Below, one piece after another: positions 38,501 to 44,150 of a stretch of 64,000 nucleotides of DNA. The DNA comes from an uncultured Rikenellaceae bacterium (GTDB taxonomy: Bacteria; Bacteroidota; Bacteroidia; Bacteroidales; VadinHA17), in NCBI GenBank assembly GCA_964446825.1, contig CAYUQR010000006.1:18964-82963 (forward strand). Direction: 5' to 3'. A program made the position numbers and the translations under genes. Under the pieces are notes generated by a model that ran no database searches, had not been told where the DNA came from, and saw only the letters and a program-made list of their open reading frames with translations. Positions within the stretch are counted from its first letter, which is position 1. Each line of letters opens with the position of its first letter.

Positions 38501-40377
38501 GAGTTTCAAGATTGCGCCCAATCCTTATAACAGCATCAACCACTATTGTTGCAATGATCCCCCTGGCAATGGGACAGGCTGAATATGTGTCTGCAATAGG
38601 AGCCACATTTGCAATTACGGTTATTGGAGGATTGTCTTTAAGCACCCTCCTTACACTCGTTTTTATCCCAACTTTTTATACAGGACTTGAGAACGCCTTG
38701 ACATGGTTCTATTCATTGAACTGGAAAACCAAAATTATCCAGTTCATTTTACTGGCTATTCTGATATTCTTTATCTACACATACATAGATAAATTCCTCT
38801 GGAAGCTCATTACCACAATTCTTGCAGTTATTCTGGTTCCGGCAGCAACATGGTTCGTAATGAACAGCCTGAGAAAAGCCAGGGAAACGGTAATTGCACC
38901 GGATGAACCTATTAATATTTACATTCAGAGCCTGGTGAAGATCTATGAAAGAGAAAACCGCTGGATAAGAGAGTGGAAAGCCGGGGCAAGGATAAGAAAA
39001 AGGCTTGGCATCGAGAAACAATATAAATCGTGGAAAGATCTTGGCCAGCTTACATGGCAGGTCCCGTTGCTTGGCTTCATTTTTTATTTTACCTATTTCT
39101 ATCTCCACAAGGGATTCTGGATTTTCCTGTTCAGCATTGCAACATGGTTCTACTTATCAGGTGTATGGACAATCATCAAAGGACTTTTCAAAACACTTAC
39201 AAATGAGGAAAAACGGAAATGGCTCAAAAATATAACCAGGATCATCGATATATCAGTTTTCTGGATAATTCCAGTTCTGAACCTTATCTGGTTCCAGGTG
39301 AAATGGGATAATATTGTGGTTGTACTGATCCTTGGCTTTATCTGGTTCTCCGGCCTCTTTATCTACAAAACAGGACAAAAACTCACCAGGGAAAGCATTG
39401 ATATCTACAGGCTTGAAGGAAAGTTCAAAGGGGTCAGAAAAACTGTTTATAAGATCGTAGCAGCAGTTCCCCTCATTGGTAAAAAGAAAAAACCGTTCAA
39501 AGCATTAAGTTGTGTTTCCCTGAACATCGGTAATGGTATGTTTGGACTTCTGGGCCCTAACGGTGCAGGAAAAACCACTCTTATGAGAATAATCTGCGGA
39601 ATACTGGAACAGAGTTATGGAAAGGTTTGGATCAATGGACTCGATACCCAGAAAATGAGAGAAGAACTCCAGGGCCTTATAGGATATCTGCCGCAGGAAT
39701 TCGGGAGTTATGAGAATATGACGGCTAATGAATATCTTCATTACCAGGCTATGCTGAAAAATATTATTGATGCCAGAACCAGGGAAGAGAGAGTTACATA
39801 TGTCCTCCAGGCGGTACATATGGAAGAAAGAAGGCATGATAAAATAGGTTCTTACTCTGGTGGAATGAAACAGAGAATGGGCATTGCCCAGATTCTGCTT
39901 CATCTCCCCAGGATTCTTGTTGTTGATGAACCAACAGCAGGACTCGATCCGAGGGAACGAATCCGGTTCAGAAATCTGCTGGTTGAGTTAAGCCGTGAAA
40001 GAGTTGTTATTTTTTCGACACACATTATTGAAGATATTTCCAGCTCATGCAACCAGGTAGCAGTGCTGAATAAAGGAAGATTAAGATACCTCGGGACTCC
40101 AATCGACATGACATTAGAGGCTGAGGGACACGTATGGCAGTTTAATATCCCGGCAGATGAGTTTGGAACATTTGTTGAAAATCATCTTGTTGTGCATCAT
40201 ATGTCGGAAGGGAATAATGTCAGGGTCAGGGTAATCTCTGAGTTTTCTCCATGGGAGGGAGCAATAAATGCCCTGCCTAATCTGGAAGATGCTTACCTGT
40301 GGCTCTTAAGGAAAAAAGATATTAACGGATCTGCAATTAACAAAACATCTGAAAATGAAAACAAATCGCATATATAA
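35590..40377 (+). CDS. fusion protein: RND efflux permease (paralog 2) + six extra TM helices + ABC ATPase domain
   Basis: Uninterrupted 1612-aa ORF (track 35539..40377; Met18 at 35590, MNFILKRRIL, is the likely start). The RND module spans aa 18-~1055 (LVDNSVVVLEN, VVNNGIILIDY, RLRPILITASTT). Hydrophobic helices lie at aa ~1065-1108 and ~1175-1276. The NBD has Walker A GPNGAGKT (39553-39576), signature SGGMKQR (39856-39876), Walker B ILVVDEP (39913-39933) and H-loop STHII. Confidence 0.75.
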   Translation: MNFILKRRILISMLFLGLTMLGYVSYKKLSVELFPNAQLPALIVQVVTPLEVDPSYIENQAIIPIEGAVGTLEGIEKIESNITSRSGIIMIYYNQNANLKYANLKLQEKIDVVKSSIPSEFVINVIKIDLEQLTNQFMELQVRGEGGIDRIRNFADREIKPAFENIDGIAGVQVYGGQENSIEIRLNEKACKANGISIGQIRTLLNNNGTSKTFVGKVVDGSNKFFVNVTSDYTDVKEIGNIIVKPSGPILLRDIADIFFGVKEQTSYSRVNGLDAVTVSLVNDNQANLIDLSHKAIKEVNDLNKTLASSGVEIVVQNNNAEIMERNINQIIHLAITGGLLAVLILWFFLRNIRLVTIIAVSIPVSVYAAFNFFYAFDVSINSLTLVGMALAIGMLVDNSVVVLENIYRLAGQGKNPDIAVKQGTSEVWRSIFAATLTTIIVFLPFIFSANFMVRMIGKNIGVSIISTLVISLSVALLLIPMATYFLLTRSAYSNSEIFKKLSIHDKLIQAYHLVLKASMRNPAGTIIGTLVVFFAALLISLTLSINTTQEVETPNFRLTVTMPGGSTLEKTDAVVAEIESRLASLPEKEDIISKIEEDKATVTINLSKDWDKKSKRTLPEIKNDISEKTKNISTAEVNMDELSTSGGFSGGGGSDETYNPGSDFMNLLGIGSTKESIIIKGQNFEQMKNLADDIKSYLDNLSTINSSSVNVQDNKPEVHLNFDMDYIGRNNFTLNNLSSALATFGQEYSSGATFKQGTENYDIMIKYADESGALKENKDKTIDDLKHLEVSSSSGTLMEMQELSNIVFSTGMGNIHRENQEKRVTVTYSFNDEIKNSKDLLEGARLGIESIVAGLNIPSGIAVEVVHEEDQLKDFYYLIGVAFLLIYMILAAVFESLATPVVLMFSIPLAALGSLIALILTGNTLLSANTLTGFLILLGVVVNNGIILIDYTNILRKRGNRMHRALMTAGVSRLRPILITASTTIVAMIPLAMGQAEYVSAIGATFAITVIGGLSLSTLLTLVFIPTFYTGLENALTWFYSLNWKTKIIQFILLAILIFFIYTYIDKFLWKLITTILAVILVPAATWFVMNSLRKARETVIAPDEPINIYIQSLVKIYERENRWIREWKAGARIRKRLGIEKQYKSWKDLGQLTWQVPLLGFIFYFTYFYLHKGFWIFLFSIATWFYLSGVWTIIKGLFKTLTNEEKRKWLKNITRIIDISVFWIIPVLNLIWFQVKWDNIVVVLILGFIWFSGLFIYKTGQKLTRESIDIYRLEGKFKGVRKTVYKIVAAVPLIGKKKKPFKALSCVSLNIGNGMFGLLGPNGAGKTTLMRIICGILEQSYGKVWINGLDTQKMREELQGLIGYLPQEFGSYENMTANEYLHYQAMLKNIIDARTREERVTYVLQAVHMEERRHDKIGSYSGGMKQRMGIAQILLHLPRILVVDEPTAGLDPRERIRFRNLLVELSRERVVIFSTHIIEDISSSCNQVAVLNKGRLRYLGTPIDMTLEAEGHVWQFNIPADEFGTFVENHLVVHHMSEGNNVRVRVISEFSPWEGAINALPNLEDAYLWLLRKKDINGSAINKTSENENKSHI

Positions 40378-41071
40378 TATTTTTAATCTCATATATAAGA
40401 TGATCATCTATAACCTGCGGATCATCTTTGCGAACCGGTTCATCTGGTTTCTGGCCGGTTCAGTCCTGTTCTATCTCGGATTATCAGTTATTTATGTTTT
40501 TGATACAGATGTTGCAAATATGAGTGACATGTATGAAGTGTTACTCTTTCCTGGCATTCTTCTGGTTTTCTATCCTACTGTTTTCGGAATACAGAATGAT
40601 CAGGATGCAAGAACGATTGAGATTCTTTTCGGAATTCCCAACTACAGGTATAAGGTCTGGCTTGTAAGGATTGTGCTTATTTTTGCGATCGCCTTTTTGA
40701 TAATACTGGTATTCACCTTTCTTTCTTCTTTACTAATTGTTAAATTTCAAATTTTAAATATGACCGTGCAGGTAATGTACCCCGTTATATTTCTTGGCAC
40801 TATGGCATTCATGCTGTCCACTGTAGTAAGAAGCGGAAATGGCACAGCGGTTGTTATGATCATCTTTGGGTTATTCTTTTTGATACTGAGTGACGGGCTC
40901 CGTAAAAGCCAGTGGAATGTATTTTTAAATCCGTACGGGCTTCCATACGATGTCAATGAAACTACATGGGCAATAATAACTCTTAAAAACAGAATTATAC
41001 TAATGACGGGTATACTGGTGTTCCTGCTTGCCGCTCTTTACAATCTGCAGAAAAGGGAGAAATTCATGTAG
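40355..41071 (+). CDS. small ABC-2 type transporter permease (6 TM)
   Basis: Six hydrophobic helices and the ABC-2 loop motif (QDARTIEILFGIPNYRYKVW). The track start overlaps the upstream stop by 23 nt; the alternative start ATG 40400 removes the overlap. Confidence 0.5.
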   Translation: MKTNRIYNIFNLIYKMIIYNLRIIFANRFIWFLAGSVLFYLGLSVIYVFDTDVANMSDMYEVLLFPGILLVFYPTVFGIQNDQDARTIEILFGIPNYRYKVWLVRIVLIFAIAFLIILVFTFLSSLLIVKFQILNMTVQVMYPVIFLGTMAFMLSTVVRSGNGTAVVMIIFGLFFLILSDGLRKSQWNVFLNPYGLPYDVNETTWAIITLKNRIILMTGILVFLLAALYNLQKREKFM

Positions 41072-41078
41072 GATGTAT

Positions 41079-41198
41079 GTCTTGCGGTCTTGCAGTCTTG
41101 CGGTCTTGCGGTCTTGCGGTCTTGCTATCCTCCGGTCTTTGCTTCATTCCGATGAACCATTGCGCCTCTGCGCCTTTGTGCCTTTGCGCCTTTGCGCC
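41079..41198. repeat. 120-nt GC-rich island of 15 consecutive 8-nt units in a single register
   Basis: The units are gtcttgcg gtcttgca gtcttgcg gtcttgcg gtcttgcg gtcttgct atcctccg gtctttgc ttcattcc gatgaacc attgcgcc tctgcgcc tttgtgcc tttgcgcc tttgcgcc. The island fills the gap between two convergent genes. Confidence 0.7.
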
Positions 41199-41200
41199 TT

Positions 41201-42145
41201 TTATTCAAACGGATGCTCTTTGCTGAAATCGGGCCGATAATTCTGAAAACTATCCATATCCTGGACCCATCCGTTTCTGAATCCAAGTTCCTCCATTGCC
41301 TCAACCACCGACTCATATTCCGACCTGTAAAGTGATCTGTTCAGTACCGAATGATTTTTTACCAGAGGGGTTGGATGATATTGCGACATCAATGATAAGC
41401 TAACTCCCGTCGATAGTTCTTCCGCAATCTTTCTTAGCACCATTTTGCTCTCCTCAGCATGACCAGGCAAAACAAGATGGCGCATCAGCAACCCGTTTTC
41501 TGCCATACCTTTATCATCTGTTATGAGAGCCGATCCCTTCTGAAAATACATCTCCTTAATAGCTTTCAGGGCAACTTCCGGGTAGTCAGAGGCATCGGAA
41601 TATATTTCAGCAAGTGAGGATGTGACATATTTATAATCCGGCAGATAAACGTCAATCATACCGTCAAGGCTTCTGATAGTCTCAACTTTATCGTAACTAT
41701 TTGTATTATATACTGTTATTGGTTTATACCCCCGGGTATGTAATCCATGGATTATTGCTTTAACCTGAGGAACAACATGAGAAGGCGATACAAAACCGAC
41801 AGATTTAATACCCTGCTCCAATATATCAGATATTTTATCAAGTACAACCCCTAAATCCATTCCCGAATCAGAACTTACACTGGCAGCATGGCTGATTTCA
41901 TGATTCTGGCAATAAAGGCAACGAAGATTGCATCCCCTGAAAAAAATATTGCATATTCCACCGCTCCCGCTAATGGAAGGCTCTTCTCCCCTGTGTATAC
42001 AAATCGACGCAATTTCAAACCCTGCATCAATTCCGCAATAGCCGGTTGCGTTTTCAAACCGGTCAACCCTGCATTCTCTGGGACATAACGTACAATTTTC
42101 AAGGAGCAACCTGTCGATATTACTGTATATGTCAGTTTGTTTCAC
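41201..42145 (-). CDS. radical SAM protein, PflX-like (pyruvate formate-lyase activase homolog family)
   Basis: N-terminal CxxC (CTLCPREC), HRGEEPSISG, and the radical SAM cluster motif CNLRCLYCQN. GTG start. Confidence 0.8.
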   Translation of the reverse strand: MKQTDIYSNIDRLLLENCTLCPRECRVDRFENATGYCGIDAGFEIASICIHRGEEPSISGSGGICNIFFRGCNLRCLYCQNHEISHAASVSSDSGMDLGVVLDKISDILEQGIKSVGFVSPSHVVPQVKAIIHGLHTRGYKPITVYNTNSYDKVETIRSLDGMIDVYLPDYKYVTSSLAEIYSDASDYPEVALKAIKEMYFQKGSALITDDKGMAENGLLMRHLVLPGHAEESKMVLRKIAEELSTGVSLSLMSQYHPTPLVKNHSVLNRSLYRSEYESVVEAMEELGFRNGWVQDMDSFQNYRPDFSKEHPFE

Positions 42146-42271
42146 AATGACACCTGAATTATTTCTGGTCAGATAAGCTATTTTTTAAGTCCTTTGCAAA
42201 TATCGAAATGTTTGCTGATTTTTTAGCTACATATTTGAACCACAAGCCGAATACTTCATTATTAATGTGAA

Positions 42272-42306
42272 TAATTTTGGTGATTAAATAATAATATTTA
42301 CATTTG
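42272..42306 (+). promoter_or_regulatory. candidate promoter of the rimP-nusA-infB operon
   Basis: TACATTTG (TAnnTTTG) at 42299-42306, with a TTTG about 23 nt upstream. Confidence 0.3.
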
Positions 42307-42334
42307 CATCCGAATTGAGGGGGAATTTGTGACC

Positions 42335-42358
42335 TAGGGGACCAGAGTCCCCTATTTT
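42335..42358 (+). promoter_or_regulatory. terminator-like hairpin in the rimP leader (possible attenuator)
   Basis: 8-bp stem TAGGGGAC/GTCCCCTA (42335-42342 and 42347-42354), a 4-nt loop, then TTTT. It lies between the candidate promoter and the rimP ATG at 42377. Confidence 0.45.
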
Positions 42359-42376
42359 GTTATCGGTTTTTATAAA

Positions 42377-42829
42377 ATGATAGATAAACAGGACATACTG
42401 GGAATAGTCAAAGAGTTCATAAAGGGAACTGAACTATTTATTGTAGCTGTTAAAGTAAGCAGTTCAAACAGGATAACTGTGCTTGCCGATAAAAACGAAG
42501 GTATAACAATTGATGAATGTGCTGCAGTTCATCGCCACATAGAAATGAACATTGACCGCGATAAAGAGGATTATGAGTTGCAGGTATCATCTCCAGGACT
42601 TGACATGCCATTTGTAGTTCCTGAACAGTACTATAAAAATGAGGGGAAGAAAGTTGAAGTCATAGACCTTGAAGGAATAAAGCATTCAGGAAAGCTCAAA
42701 AATGTCACAGTAGGTGGGTTTGAGCTCGAAGCAGAACTCAAAGGCAGGGGAAAAGCAAAAGAAATAGCAGATATTTCTTTTAATTTTGACCAGATAAAAT
42801 CAACAAAAGTAATTTTAACAATTAAGTAA
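42377..42829 (+). CDS. rimP: ribosome maturation factor RimP
   Basis: Size, RimP pattern (LQVSSPGLDMP) and a position directly upstream of nusA. Confidence 0.85.
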   Translation: MIDKQDILGIVKEFIKGTELFIVAVKVSSSNRITVLADKNEGITIDECAAVHRHIEMNIDRDKEDYELQVSSPGLDMPFVVPEQYYKNEGKKVEVIDLEGIKHSGKLKNVTVGGFELEAELKGRGKAKEIADISFNFDQIKSTKVILTIK

Positions 42830-42849
42830 TAATAAGGGGTTTACACCAG

Positions 42850-44088
42850 ATGGAAAATGTTAATTTGATCGACACTTTTTCGGAATTTAAGGAACTGAAA
42901 AATATTGACCGGCCTACAATGATGAGTGTTCTTGAAGATGTATTCAGGAGTATGCTTGCAAAAAAATATGGTTCGGCTGATAATTTTGACATTATAGTAA
43001 ATATCGACAAAGGTGACTTCGAAATATGGAGAAACAGGGTTGTTGTTGACGATAATGATTTTAACGATCCTGTTATGCAGATTCCTCTTTCAAAAGCAAA
43101 AGAGATTGATGAAGATTATGAAGTCGGAGAAGAAGTTTCTGATGAGGTTAAATTTCTCGACTTCGGAAGAAGGGCAATATTGTCATTGAGGCAAAATCTT
43201 ACCGCAAGGATCCTCGACCTTGAAAAGAACAATATCTATATAAAATACAAAGACAGGATTGGCGAAATTGTAACAGGAGAGGTTTACCAGGTCTGGAAGA
43301 GAGAGATTCTTGTTCTTGATGATGACGGTAATGAACTTATTCTTCCAAAAAGCGAACAGATACCATCTGATCATTTCAGAAAAGGGGATTCGATCAGGGC
43401 AGTAGTTATAAAAGTTGAGATGAGGAACAATACACCTTTCATTATTCTCAGCCGTACCTCTCCCGTGTTTCTCGAGAGATTATTTGAACTGGAGGTGCCT
43501 GAAATTTTTGACGGACTTATTACCATTAAGAAGATTGTGAGAGTGCCCGGGGAACGGGCCAAAGTGGCTGTTGAATCATATGACGAAAGAATTGATCCGG
43601 TAGGTGCATGTGTTGGGATGAAAGGATCGAGAATTCATGGTATTGTAAGGGAGTTGCGTAATGAAAATATCGATGTGATTAATTATACTTCCAACAATCA
43701 GCTATTCATACAGAGAGCCCTCAGTCCCGCTAAAATAACCTCTATCAAACTTGATGACGAGACAATGAGGGCACAAATATTCCTGAAGCCGAATGAAGTG
43801 TCGCTCGCAATTGGCAAAGGCGGTCTTAATATTAAACTTGCCAGCCAGCTCACTGGTTATGAGATAGATGTTTACAGAGAACCTGGCGGAGAAGATGAAG
43901 AAGATGTTAATCTTGAAGAATTTGGCGATGAAATAGAAGGATGGATAATCGATGAACTCAAAGCTATCGGTTGCGATACGGCGAGAAGTGTACTCAACCT
44001 GTCAATCAGCGATCTGGTTAAAAGAACCGATCTGGAAGAGGAAACAGTAAAAGAAGTGGTTAACATACTCAGGGCCGAATTTGAATAG
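42850..44088 (+). CDS. nusA: transcription termination/antitermination factor NusA
   Basis: NusA N-terminal domain, S1 domain (GEIVTGEVYQV), and two KH domains (RAKVAV.., GACVGMKGSRIHGIVRELRNENIDVI, IGKGGLNIKLASQLTGYEIDV). Confidence 0.95.
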   Translation: MENVNLIDTFSEFKELKNIDRPTMMSVLEDVFRSMLAKKYGSADNFDIIVNIDKGDFEIWRNRVVVDDNDFNDPVMQIPLSKAKEIDEDYEVGEEVSDEVKFLDFGRRAILSLRQNLTARILDLEKNNIYIKYKDRIGEIVTGEVYQVWKREILVLDDDGNELILPKSEQIPSDHFRKGDSIRAVVIKVEMRNNTPFIILSRTSPVFLERLFELEVPEIFDGLITIKKIVRVPGERAKVAVESYDERIDPVGACVGMKGSRIHGIVRELRNENIDVINYTSNNQLFIQRALSPAKITSIKLDDETMRAQIFLKPNEVSLAIGKGGLNIKLASQLTGYEIDVYREPGGEDEEDVNLEEFGDEIEGWIIDELKAIGCDTARSVLNLSISDLVKRTDLEEETVKEVVNILRAEFE

Positions 44089-44150
44089 GGAAATGATATA
44101 AACACTATTGTAAAAGTGTTTGAAATTTTTAATAAAGGCAAGGCATATTT

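Noticed and set aside
38700-39500. RND-ATPase fusion as a trivial frameshift or assembly artefact
   Set aside because: This cannot be excluded without reads. However, the frame is continuous for about 230 aa of hydrophobic linker, with no plausible independent start for the ATPase part, and the helix parity keeps the NBD cytoplasmic. I kept it as a finding with an explicit resequencing check.
41079-41198. Possible CRISPR array
   Set aside because: The units are 8 nt with no spacers, far shorter than CRISPR repeats, and there are no cas genes in the window.
41028-41240. 70-aa plus-strand ORF (..VLRSCSLAVLRSCGLAILRS..PLRLCAFVPLRLCAF..)
   Set aside because: Its periodic peptide is just the translation of the 8-nt tandem units, since 24 nt equals 8 aa. 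It spans a convergent intergenic gap and has no start context. I treated it as a repeat, not a gene.
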